Assembly (NCBI GenBank): GCA_964016885.1
Contig: OZ024751.1
Coordinates: 9,858,001 to 9,922,000, forward strand
Direction: 5' to 3'
DNA: 64,000 nt
From: Eledone cirrhosa
Lineage: Eukaryota
This document shows positions 37,901 to 49,900 of the stretch, in pieces. Below the pieces are notes generated by a model. It was not told the DNA's origin. It ran no database searches and worked only from the letters and a program-made list of their open reading frames with translations. Position 1 is the stretch's first letter; each line of letters begins with the position of its first letter. Made by a program: the position numbers and the translations under genes.

Positions 37901-40900
37901 TGGTGTTACTGTTGTTAGTGTTGTTGGTGTTACTGTTGCTGGTGTTGTTGGTGTTACTGTTGTTGGTGTTGGTGTTGCTGTTGTTGGTGTTGTTGGTGTT
38001 ACTGTTGCTGGTGTTGTTGGTGTTACTGTTGTTGGTGTTGGTGTTGCTGTTGTTAGTTGTTGGTGTTACTGTTGTTGGTGTTGTTGGTGTTACTGTTGTT
38101 GGTGTTACTGTTGTTGGTGTTGTTGGTGTTACTGTTGTTGGTGTTGTTGGTGTTGTTGGTGTTGCTGTTGTTGGTGTTGGTGTTACTGTTGTTGGTGTTG
38201 TTGGTGTTACTGTTGTTGGTGTTGGTGTTACTGTTGTTGGTGCTGGTGTTACTGTTGTTGGTGTTGTTGGTGTTACTGTTGTTGGTGTTACTGTTGTTGG
38301 TGTTGTTGGTGTTACTGTTCTTGGTGTTGTTGGTGTTGCTGTTGTTGGTGTTGGTGTTACTGTTGTTGGTGTTGTTGGTGTTGCTGTTGTTGGTGTTGGT
38401 GTTACTGTTGTTGGTGTTGGTGTTGCTGTTGTTGGCGTTACTGTTGTTGGTGTTACTGTTGTTGGTGTTGTTGGTGTTACTGTTGTTGGTGTTGGTGTTG
38501 CTGTTGTTGGTGTTGGTGTTACTGTTGTTGGTGTTGTTGGTGTTACTGTTGTTGGTGTTGTTGGTGTTACTGTTGCTGGTGTTGTTGGTGTTACTGTTGT
38601 TGGTGTTACTGTTGTTGGTGTTACTGTTGTTGCTGTTGTTGGTGTTGGTGTTACTGTTGTTGGTGTTGTTTGGTGTTACTGTTGTTGGTGTTGGTGTTGT
38701 TGTTGTTGGTATTGGTGTTACTGTTGTTGGTGTTGTTGGTTTTACTGTTGTTGGTGTTGTTGGTGTTACTGTTGTTGGTGTTGGTGTTGCTGTTGTTAGT
38801 GTTGTTGGTGTTACTTTTGTTGGTGTTGGTGTTACTGTTGTTGGTGTTGTTGGTGTTACTGTTGTTGGTGTTGGTGTTACTGTTGTTGGTATTGTTGGTG
38901 TTACTGTTGTTGGTGTTGTTGGTGTTACTGTTGTTGTTGTTGGTGGTGTTACTGTTGTTGGTGTTGGTGTTACTGTTGTTGGTGTTGTTGGTGTTACTGT
39001 TGTTGTTGTTGTTGGTGTTACTGTTGTTGGTGTTGGTGTTACTGTTGTTGGTGTTGTTGGTGTTACTGTTGTTGTTGTTGGTGGTGTTACTGTTGTTGGT
39101 GTTGGTGTTACTGTTGTTGGTATTGGTGTTACTGTTGTTGTTGATTTTGGTGTTACTGTTGTTGGTGTTTGTGTTACTGTTGTTGGTGTTGGTGTTACTG
39201 TTGTTGGTGTTGTTGGTGTTACTGTTGTTGGTGTTGTTGGTGTTACTGTTGTTGGTGTTGCTGGTGTTACTGTTGTTGGTGTTGGTGTTCCTGTTGTTGG
39301 TGTTGGTGTTACTGTTGTTGGTGTTGTTGGTGTTACTGTTGTTGGTGTTGTTGGTGTTACTGTTGTTGGTGTTGTTGGTGTTACTGTTGTTGGTGTTGTT
39401 GGTGTTACTGTTGTTGTTGTTGTTGTTGTTGGTTTAGTGTTGTTGGTGTTGGTGTTACTGTTGTTGGTGTTGTTGGTGTTACTGTTGTTGTTGTTGTTGT
39501 TGGTGTTACTGTTGTTGATGTTGGTGTTGCTGTTGTTGGTGTTGTTGGTGTTACTGTTGTTGTTGGTGGTGGTGTTACGGTTGTTCGTGTTGGTGTTACT
39601 GTTGTTGGTATTGGTGTTACTGTTGTTGGTGTTGTTGGTGTTACTGTTGTTGGTGTTATTGGTGTTACTGTTGTTGGTGCTGTTGGTGTTACTGGTGGTG
39701 TTGTTGGTGTTACTGTTGTTGGTGTTATTGGTGTTACTGTTGTTGGTGTTGTTGGTATTACTGTTGTTGGTGTTGTTGGTGTTACTGTTGTTGGTGTTGT
39801 TGCTGTTACTGTTGTTGGTGTTGTTGGTGTTACTGTTGTTGGTGTTGTTGGTGTTGTTACTGTTGTTGGTGTTGTTGGTGTTACTGTTGTTGGTGTTGTT
39901 GGTGTTACTGTTGTTGGTGTTGTTGGTGTTACTGTTGTTGGTGTTATTGGTGTTACTGTTGTTGGTGTTGTTGGTGTTACTGTTGTTGGTGTCGTTGATG
40001 TTACTGTTGTTGGTGTTGTTGGTGTTACTGTTGTTGGTGTTGTTGCTGTTACTGTTGTTAGTGTTGTTGGTGTTACTGTTGTTGGTGTTACTGTTGTTGG
40101 TGTTGTTGGTGTTGTTACTGTTGTTGGTGTTGTTGTTGTTACTGTTGTTAGTATTGTTGGTGTTACTGTTGGTGTTGTTGGTGTTACTGTTGTTGGTGTT
40201 ATTGGTGTTAAAGTTGTTGGTGCTGTTGGTGTTACTGTTGGTGTTTTTGGTGTTACTGTTGTTGGTGTTATTGGTGTTACTGTTGTTGGTGTTGTTGGTG
40301 TTACTGTTGTTGGTGTTGTTGAGGTTACTGTTGTTGGTGTTGTTGGTGTTACTGTTGTTGGTGTTGTTGGTGTTGTTACTGTTGTTGGTGTTGTTGGTGT
40401 TACTGTTGTTGGTGTTGTTGGTGTTACTGTTGTTGGTGTTGGTGTTGCTGTTGTTGGTGTTGGTGTTACAGTTGTTGTTGTTGTTGGTGTTGCTGTTGTT
40501 GGTGTTGTTGCTGTTACTGTTGTTGGTATTGGTGTTACTGTTGTTGGTGTTGGTGGTGTTACTGTTGTTGGTGTTGTTGGTGTTACTGTTGTTGGTATTG
40601 GTGTTACTGTTGTTGGTGTTGTTGGTGTTACTGTTGTTGGTGTTGTTGGTGTTACTGTTGTTGGTGTTGTTGGTGTTACTGTTGTTGGTGTTACTGTTGT
40701 TGGTGTTGTTGGTTTACTGTTGTTGGTGTTGTTGGTGTTATTGTTGTTGGTGTTGCTGGTGTTACTGTTGTTGGTGTTATTGGTGTTACTGTTGTTGGTG
40801 TTGTTGGTGTTACTGTTGTTGGTGTTGTTAGTGTTACTGTTGTTGGTGTTATTAGTGTTACTGTTGTTGTTGTTGTTGTTGGTGTTGTTGGTGTTACTGT

Positions 40901-43900
40901 TGTTGGTGTTGTTGGTGTTACTGTTGTTGGTTTTGTTGGTGTTACTGTTGTTGGTGTTGTTGGTGTTACTGCTGTTGGTGTTGTTGGTGTTACTGTTGGT
41001 GTTGTTGGTGTTGTTGGTGTTACTGTTGTTGGTGTTGTTGGTGTTACTGTTGTTGGTGTTGTTGGTGTTACTGTTCTTGGTGTTGTTGGTGTTACTGTTG
41101 CTGGTGTTGTTGCTGTTACTGTTGTTGGTGTTGTTGGTGTTACTGTTGTTGGTGTTGTTGGTGTTACTGTTGTTGGTGTTGTTGGTGTTACTGTTGTTGG
41201 TGTTGTTAGTGTTACTGTTGTTTGTGTTGTTGGTGTTACTGTTGTTGGTGTTATTGGTGTTACTGTTGTTGGTGTTGTTGGTGTTACTGTTGTTGGTGTT
41301 ATTGGTGTTACTGTTGTTGGTGTTGGTGTTACTGTTGTTGGTGTTGTTGGTGTTACTGTTGTTGGTGTTGTTGGTGTTACTGTTGTTGGCGTTGTTGGTG
41401 TTACTGTTGTTGGTGTTGGTGTTGCTGTTGTTGGTGTTGGTGTTACTGTTGTTGGTATTGGTGTTACTGTTGTTGTTGTTGGTGTTACTGTTGTTGGTGT
41501 TGTTGGTGTTACTGTTGTTGGTGTTGTTGGTGTTACTGTTGTTGGTGTTGTTGGTGTTACTGTTGTTTGTTTGTTGGTGTTACTGTTGTTGGTGTTGGTG
41601 TTGCTGTTGTTGATGTTGGTGTTACTGTTGTTGGTGTTGTTGGTGTTACTGTTGTTGGTGTTGTTGGTTTACTGTTGTTGGTGTTGTTGGTGTTACTGTT
41701 GTTGGTGTTGTTGGTGTTACTGTTGTTGGTGTTGGTGTTGCTGTTGTTGGTGTTGGTGTTACTTTTGTTGGTGTTGGTGTTGCGGTTGTTGGTGTTGTTG
41801 GTGTTACTGTTGTTAGTGTTGTTGGTGTTACTGTTGCTGGTGTTGTTGGTGTTACTGTTGTTGGTGTTGGTGTTGCTGTTGTTGGTGTTGTTGGTGTTAC
41901 TGTTGCTGGTGTTGTTCGTGTTACTGTTGTTGGTGTTGGTGTTGCTGTTGTTAGTTGTTGGTGTTACTGTTGTTGGTGTTGTTGGTGTTACTGTTGTTGG
42001 TGTTACTGTTGTTGGTGTTGTTGGTGTTACTGTTGTTGGTGTTGTTGGTGTTGTTGGTGTTGCTGTTGTTGGTGTTGGTGTTACTGTTGTTGGTGTTGTT
42101 GGTGTTACTGTTGTTGGTGTTGGTGTTACTGTTGTTGGTGTTGGTGTTACTGTTGTTGGTGTTGTTGGTGTTACTGTTGTTGGTGTTATTGTTGTTGGTG
42201 TTGTTGGTGTTACTGTTGTTGGTTTTGTTGGTGTTGCTGTTGTTGGTGTTGGTGTTACTGTTGTTGGTGTTGTTGGTGTTGCTGTTGTTGGTGTTGGTGT
42301 TACTGTTGTTGGTGTTGGTGTTGCTGTTGTTGGTGTTGGTGTTACTGTTGTTGGTGTTGTTGGTGTTACTGTTGTAGGTGTTGTTGGTGTTACTGTTGTT
42401 GCTGTTGGTGTTGCTGTTGTTGGTGTTGGTGTTACTGTTGTTGGTGTTGTTGGTGTTACTGTTGTTGGTGTTGGTGTTGCTGTTGTTGCTGTTGGTGTTA
42501 CTGTTGTTGGTGTTGTTGGTGTTACTGTTGTTGGTGTTGTTGGTGTTACTGTTGTTGGTGTTGGTGTTGCTGTTGTTGGTGTTGTTGGTGTTACTTTTGT
42601 TGGTGTTGGTGTTACTCTTGTTGGTGTTGTTGGTGTTACTGTTGTTGGTGTTGGTGTTACTGTTGTTGGTATTGTTGGTGTTACTGTTGTTGGTGTTGTT
42701 GGTTTTTTCTGTTGTTGTTGTTGGTGGTGTTACTGTTCTTGGTGTTGGTGTTACTGTTGTTGGTGTTGTTGGTGTTACTGTTGTTGTTGTTGTTGGTGTT
42801 ACTGTTGTTGGTGTTGGTGTTACTGTTGTTGGTGTTGTTGGTGTTACTGTTGTTGTTGTTGGTGGTGTTACTGTTGTTGGTGTTGGTGTTACTGTTGTTG
42901 GTATTGGTGTTACTGTTGTTGTTGTTGTTGGTGTTACTGTTGTTGGTGTTGGTGTTACTGTTGTTGGTGTTGGTGTTACTGTTGTTGGTGTTGTTGGTGT
43001 TACTGTTGTTGGTGTTGTTGGTGTTACTGTTGTTGGTGTTGTTGGTGTTACTGTTGTTGGTGTTGTTGGTGTTACTGTTGTTGGTGTTGTTGGTGTTACT
43101 GTTGTTGGTGTTGTTGGTGTTACTGTTGTTGTTGTTGTTGTTGGTGTTAGTGTTGTTGGTGTTGGTGTTACTGTTGTTGGTGTTGTTGGTGTTACTGTTG
43201 TTGTTGTTGGTGTTACTGTTGTTGGTGTTGGTGTTGCTCTTGTTGGTGTTGTTGGTGTTACTGTTGTTGTTGTTGTTGGTGTTACTGTTGTTGGTGTTGG
43301 TGTTGCTGTTGTTGGTGTTGTTGGTGTTACTGTTGTTGTTGGTGGTGGTGTTACGGTTGTTCGTGTTGGTGTTACTGTTGTTGGTATTGGTGTTACTGTT
43401 GTTGGTGTTGTTGGTGTTACTGTTGTTGGTGTTGTTGGTGTTACTGTTATTGGTGTTGTTGGTTTACTGTTGTGGGTGTTGTTGGTGTTACTGCTGTTGG
43501 TGTTGGTGTGGCTGTTGTTGGTGTTGATGTTACTGTTGTTGGTATTGGTGTTACTGTTGTTGTTGTTGTTGGTGTTACTGTTGTTGGTGTTGTTGGTGTT
43601 ACTGTTGTTGGTGGTGGTCTTGCTATTGTTGGTGTTGGTGTTACTGTTGTTGTTGTTGTTGGTGTTACTGTTTTTGGTGTTGGTGTTACTGTTGTTGGTG
43701 TTGGTGTTACTGTTGTTGGTATTGGTGTTACTGTTGTTGGTGTTGTTGGTGTTACTGTTGTTTGTTTGTTGGTGTTACTGTTGTTGGTGTTGGTGTTGCT
43801 GTTGTTGATGTTGGTGTTACTGTTGTTGGTGTTGTTGGTGTTACTGTTGTTGGTGTTGTTGGTTTACTGTTGTTGGTGTTGTTGGTGTTACTGTTGTTGG

Positions 43901-46900
43901 TGTTGTTGGTGTTACTGTTGTTGGTGTTGGTGTTGCTGTTGTTGGTGTTGGTGTTACTTTTGTTGGTGTTGGTGTTGCGGTTGTTGGTGTTGTTGGTGTT
44001 ACTGTTGTTAGTGTTGTTGGTGTTACTGTTGCTGGTGTTGTTGGTGTTACTGTTGTTGGTGTTGGTGTTGCTGTTGTTGGTGTTGTTGGTGTTACTGTTG
44101 CTGGTGTTGTTCGTGTTACTGTTGTTGGTGTTGGTGTTGCTGTTGTTAGTTGTTGGTGTTACTGTTGTTGGTGTTGTTGGTGTTACTGTTGTTGGTGTTA
44201 CTGTTGTTGGTGTTGTTGGTGTTACTGTTGTTGGTGTTGTTGGTGTTGTTGGTGTTGCTGTTGTTGGTGTTGGTGTTACTGTTGTTGGTGTTGTTGGTGT
44301 TACTGTTGTTGGTGTTGGTGTTACTGTTGTTGGTGTTGGTGTTACTGTTGTTGGTGTTGTTGGTGTTACTGTTGTTGGTGTTATTGTTGTTGGTGTTGTT
44401 GGTGTTACTGTTGTTGGTGTTGTTGGTGTTGCTGTTGTTGGTGTTGGTGTTACTGTTGTTGGTGTTGTTGGTGTTGCTGTTGTTGGTGTTGGTGTTACTG
44501 TTGTTGGTGTTGGTGTTGCTGTTGTTGGTGTTGGTGTTACTGTTGTTGGTGTTGTTGGTGTTACTGTTGTAGGTGTTGTTGTTGTTACTGTTGTTGCTGT
44601 TGGTGTTGCTGTTGTTGGTGTTGGTGTTACTGTTGTTGGTGTTGTTGGTGTTACTGTTGTTGGTGTTGGTGTTGCTGTTGTTGGTGTTGGTGTTACTGTT
44701 GTTGGTGTTGTTGGTGTTACTGTTGTTGGTGTTGTTGGTGTTACTGTTGTTGGTGTTGGTGTTGCTGTTGTTGGTGTTGTTGGTGTTACTTTTGTTGGTG
44801 TTGGTGTTACTCTTGTTGGTGTTGTTGGTGTTACTGTTGTTGGTGTTGGTGTTACTGTTGTTGGTATTGTTGGTGTTACTGTTGTTGGTGTTGTTGGTGT
44901 TACTGTTGTTGTTGTTGGTGGTGTTACTGTTGTTGGTGTTGGTGTTACTATTGTTGGTGTTGTTGGTGTTACTGTTGTTGTTGTTGTTGGTGTTACTGTT
45001 GTTGGTGTTGGTGTTACTGTTGTTGGTGTTGTTGGTGTTACTGTTGTTGTTGTTGGTGGTGTTACTGTTGTTGGTGTTGGTGTTACTGTTGTTGGTATTG
45101 GTGTTACTGTTGTTGGTGTTGTTGGTGTTACTGTTGTTGGTGTTGGTGTTACTGTTGTTGGTGTTGGTGTTACTGTTGTTGGTGTTGTTGGTGTTACTGT
45201 TGTTGGTGTTGTTGGTGTTACTGTTGTTGGTGTTGTTGGTGTTACTGTTGTTGGTGTTGTTGGTGTTACTGTTGTTGGTGTTGTTGGTGTTACTGTTGTT
45301 GGTGTTGTTGGTGTTACTGTTGTTGTTGTTGTTGTTGGTGTTAGTGTTGTTGGTGTTGGTGTTACTGTTGTTGGTGTTGTTGGTGTTACTGTTGTTGTTG
45401 TTGGTGTTACTGTTGTTGGTGTTGGTGTTGCTCTTGTTGGTGTTGTTGGTGTTACTGTTGTTGTTGTTGTTGGTGTTACTGTTGTTGGTGTTGGTGTTGC
45501 TATTGTTGGTGTTGTTGGTGTTACTGTTGTTGTTGGTGGTGGTGTTACGGTTGTTCGTGTTGGTGTTACTGTTGTTGGTATTGGTGTTACTGTTGTTGGT
45601 GTTGGTGTTACTGTTGTTGGTGTTGGTGTTACTGTTGTTGGTGTTGGTGTTACTGTTGTTGGTGTTGTTGGTGTTACTGTTGGTGGTGTTGTTGGTGTTA
45701 CTGTTGTTGGTGTTGGTGTTGCTGTTGTTGGTGTTGGTGTTACTGTTGCTGGTATTGTTGCTGTTACTGTTGTTGGTGTTGGTGTTACTGTTGTTGGTGC
45801 TGTTGGTGTTAATGTTGTTGGTATTGGTGTTACTGTTGTTGGTGTTGTTGGTGTTACTGTTGTTGGTGTTGGTGTTACTGTTGTTGGTGTTGTTGGTGTT
45901 ACTGTTGTTGGTATTGGTGTTACTGTTGTTGGTGGTGTTGGTGTTACTGTTGTTGGTGTTATTGGTGTTAAAGTTGTTGGTGCTGTTGGTGTTACTGTTG
46001 GTGTTTTTGGTGTTACTGTTGTTGGTGTTATTGGTGTTACTGTTGTTGGTGTTGTTGGTGTTACTGTTGTTGGTGTTGTTGAGGTTACTGTTGTTGGTGT
46101 TGTTGGTGTTACTGTTGTTGGTGTTGTTGGTGTTGTTACTGTTGTTGGTGTTGTTGGTGTTACTGTTGTTGGTGTTGTTGGTGTTACTGTTGTTGGTGTT
46201 GGTGTTGCTGTTGTTGGTGTTGGTGTTACAGTTGTTGTTGTTGTTGGTGTTGCTGTTGTTGGTGTTGTTGCTGTTACTGTTGTTGGTATTGGTGTTACTG
46301 TTGTTGGTGTTGGTGGTGTTACTGTTGTTGGTGTTGTTGGTGTTACTGTTGTTGGTATTGGTGTTACTGTTGTTGGTGTTGTTGGTGTTACTGTTGTTGG
46401 TGTTGTTGGTGTTACTGTTGTTGGTGTTGTTGGTGTTACTGTTGTTGGTGTTACTGTTGTTGGTGTTGTTGGTTTACTGTTGTTGGTGTTGTTGGTGTTA
46501 TTGTTGTTGGTGTTGTTGGTGTTACTGTTGTTGGTGTTATTGGTGTTACTGTTGTTGGTGTTGTTGGTGTTACTGTTGTTGGTGTTGTTAGTGTTACTGT
46601 TGTTGGTGTTATTAGTGTTACTGTTGTTGTTGTTGTTGTTGGTGTTGTTGGTGTTACTGTTGTTGGTGTTGTTGGTGTTACTGTTGTTGGTTTTGTTGGT
46701 GTTACTGTTGTTGGTGTTGTTGGTGTTACTGCTGTTGGTGTTGTTGGTGTTACTGTTGGTGTTGTTGGTGTTGTTGGTGTTACTGTTGTTGGTGTTGTTG
46801 GTGTTACTGTTGTTGGTGTTGTTGGTGTTACTGTTCTTGGTGTTGTTGGTGTTACTGTTGCTGGTGTTGTTGCTGTTACTGTTGTTGGTGTTGTTGGTGT

Positions 46901-49900
46901 TACTGTTGTTGGTGTTGTTGGTGTTACTGTTGTTGGGGTTGTTGGTGTTACTGTTGTTGGTGTTGTTAGTGTTACTGTTGTTGGTGTTGTTGGTGTTACT
47001 GTTGTTGGTGTTATTGGTGTTACTGTTGTTGGTGTTGTTGGTGTTACTGTTGTTGGTGTTATTGGTGTTACTGTTGTTGGTGTTGGTGTTACTGTTGTTG
47101 GTGTTGTTGGTGTTACTGTTGTTGGTGTTGTTGGTGTTACTGTTGTTGGTGTTGTTGGTGTTACTGTTGTTGGTGTTGGTGTTGCTGTTGTTGGTGTTGG
47201 TGTTACTGTTGTTGGTATTGGTGTTACTGTTGTTGGTGTTGTTGGTGTTATTGTTGTTGGTGTTGTTGGTGTTACTGTTGTTGGTGTTGTTGGTGTTACT
47301 GTTGTTGGTGTTGGTGTTACTGTTGTTGGTATTGGTGTTACTGTTGTTGGTGTTGTTGGTGTTACTGTTGTTGGTGTTGTTGGTGTTACTGTTATTGGTG
47401 TTGTTGGTTTACTGTTGTGGGTGTTGTTGGTGTTACAGCTGTTGGTGTTGGTGTGGCTGTTGTTGGTGTTGATGTTACTGTTGTTGGTATTGGTGTTACT
47501 GTTGTTGTTGTTGGTGTTACTGTTGTTGGTGTTGTTGGTGTTACTGTTGTTGGTGGTGGTGTTGCTATTGTTGGTGTTGGTGTTACTGTTGTTGTTGTTG
47601 TTGGTGTTACTGTTTTTGGTGTTGGTGTTACTGTTGTTGGTGTTGGTGTTACTGTTGTTGGTATTGGTGTTACTGTTGTTGGTGTTGTTGGTGTTACTGT
47701 TGTTTGTTTGTTGGTGTTACTGTTGTTGGTGTTGGTGTTGCTGTTGTTGATGTTGGTGTTACTGTTGTTGGTGTTGTTGGTGTTACTGTTGTTGGTGTTG
47801 TTGGTTTACTGTTGTTGGTGTTGTTGGTGTTACTGTTGTTGGTGTTGTTGGTGTTACTGTTGTTGGTGTTGGTGTTGCTGTTGTTGGTGTTGGTGTTACT
47901 TTTGTTGGTGTTGGTGTTGCGGTTGTTGGTGTTGTTGGTGTTACTGTTGTTAGTGTTGTTGGTGTTACTGTTGCTGGTGTTGTTGGTGTTACTGTTGTTG
48001 GTGTTGGTGTTGCTGTTGTTGGTGTTGTTGGTGTTACTGTTGCTGGTGTTGTTCGTGTTACTGTTGTTGGTGTTGGTGTTGGTGTTGCTGTTGTTAGTTG
48101 TTGGTGTTACTGTTGTTGGTGTTGTTGGTGTTACTGTTGTTGGTGTTACTGTTGTTGGTGTTGTTGGTGTTACTGTTGTTGGTGTTGTTGGTGTTGTTGG
48201 TGTTGCTGTTGTTGGTGTTGGTGTTACTGTTGTTGGTGTTGTTGGTGTTACTGTTGTTGGTGTTGGTGTTACTGTTGTTGGTGTTGGTGTTACTGTTGTT
48301 GGTGTTGTTGGTGTTACTGTTGTTGGTGTTATTGTTGTTGGTGTTGTTGGTGTTACTGTTGTTGGTGTTGTTGGTGTTGCTGTTGTTGGTGTTGGTGTTA
48401 CTGTTGTTGGTGTTGTTGGTGTTGCTGTTGTTGGTGTTGGTGTTACTGTTGTTGGTGTTGGTGTTGCTGTTGTTGGTGTTGGTGTTACTGTTGTTGGTGT
48501 TGTTGGTGTTACTGTTGTAGGTGTTGTTGGTGTTACTGTTGTTGCTGTTGGTGTTGCTGTTGTTGGTGTTGGTGTTACTGTTGTTGGTGTTGTTGGTGTT
48601 ACTGTTGTTGGTGTTGGTGTTGCTGTTGTTGGTGTTGGTGTTACTGTTGTTGGTGTTGTTGGTGTTACTGTTGTTGGTGTTGTTGGTGTTACTGTTGTTG
48701 GTGTTGGTGTTGCTGTTGTTGGTGTTGTTGGTGTTACTTTTGTTGGTGTTGGTGTTACTCTTGTTGGTGTTGTTGGTGTTACTGTTGTTGGTGTTGGTGT
48801 TACTGTTGTTGGTATTGTTGGTGTTACTGTTGTTGGTGTTGTTGGTGTTACTGTTGTTGTTGTTGGTGGTGTTACTGTTGTTGGTGTTGGTGTTACTGTT
48901 GTTGGTGTTGTTGGTGTTACTGTTGTTGTTGTTGTTGGTGTTACTGTTGTTGGTGTTGGTGTTACTGTTGTTGGTGTTGTTGGTGTTACTGTTGTTGTTG
49001 TTGGTGGTGTTACTGTTGTTGGTGTTGGTGTTACTGTTGTTGGTATTGGTGTTACTGTTGTTGTTGTTGTTGGTGTTACTGTTGTTGGTGTTGGTGTTAC
49101 TGTTGTTGGTGTTGGTGTTACTGTTGTTGGTGTTGTTGGTGTTACTGTTGTTGGTGTTGTTGGTGTTACTGTTGTTGGTGTTGTTGGTGTTACTGTTGTT
49201 GGTGTTGTTGGTGTTACTGTTGTTGGTGTTGTTGGTGTTACTGTTGTTGGTGTTGTTGGTGTTACTGTTGTTGTTGTTGTTGTTGGTGTTAGTGTTGTTG
49301 GTGTTGGTGTTACTGTTGTTGGTGTTGTTGGTGTTACTGTTGTTGTTGTTGGTGTTACTGTTGTTGGTGTTGGTGTTGCTCTTGTTAGTGTTGTTGGTGT
49401 TACTGTTGTTGTTGTTGTTGGTGTTACTGTTGTTGGTGTTGGTGTTGCTGTTGTTGGTGTTGTTGGTGTTACTGTTGTTGTTGGTGGTGGTGTTACGGTT
49501 GTTCGTGTTGGTGTTACTGTTGTTGGTATTGGTGTTACTGTTGTTGGTGTTGGTGTTACTGTTGTTGGTGTTGGTGTTACTGTTGTTGGTGTTGGTGTTA
49601 CTGTTGTTGGTGTTGTTGGTGTTACTGTTGTTGGTGTTGTTGGTGTTACTGTTGTTGGTGTTGGTGTTGCTGTTGTTGGTGTTGGTGTTACTGTTGCTGG
49701 TATTGTTGCTGTTACTGTTGTTGGTGTTGGTGTTACTGTTGTTGGTGTTGTTGGTGTTAATGTTGTTGGTATTGGTGTTACTGTTGTTGGTGTTGTTGGT
49801 GTTACTGTTGTTGGTGTTGGTGTTACTGTTGTTGGTGTTGTTGGTGTTACTGTTGTTGGTATTGGTGTTACTGTTGTTGGTGGTGTTGGTGTTACTGTTG

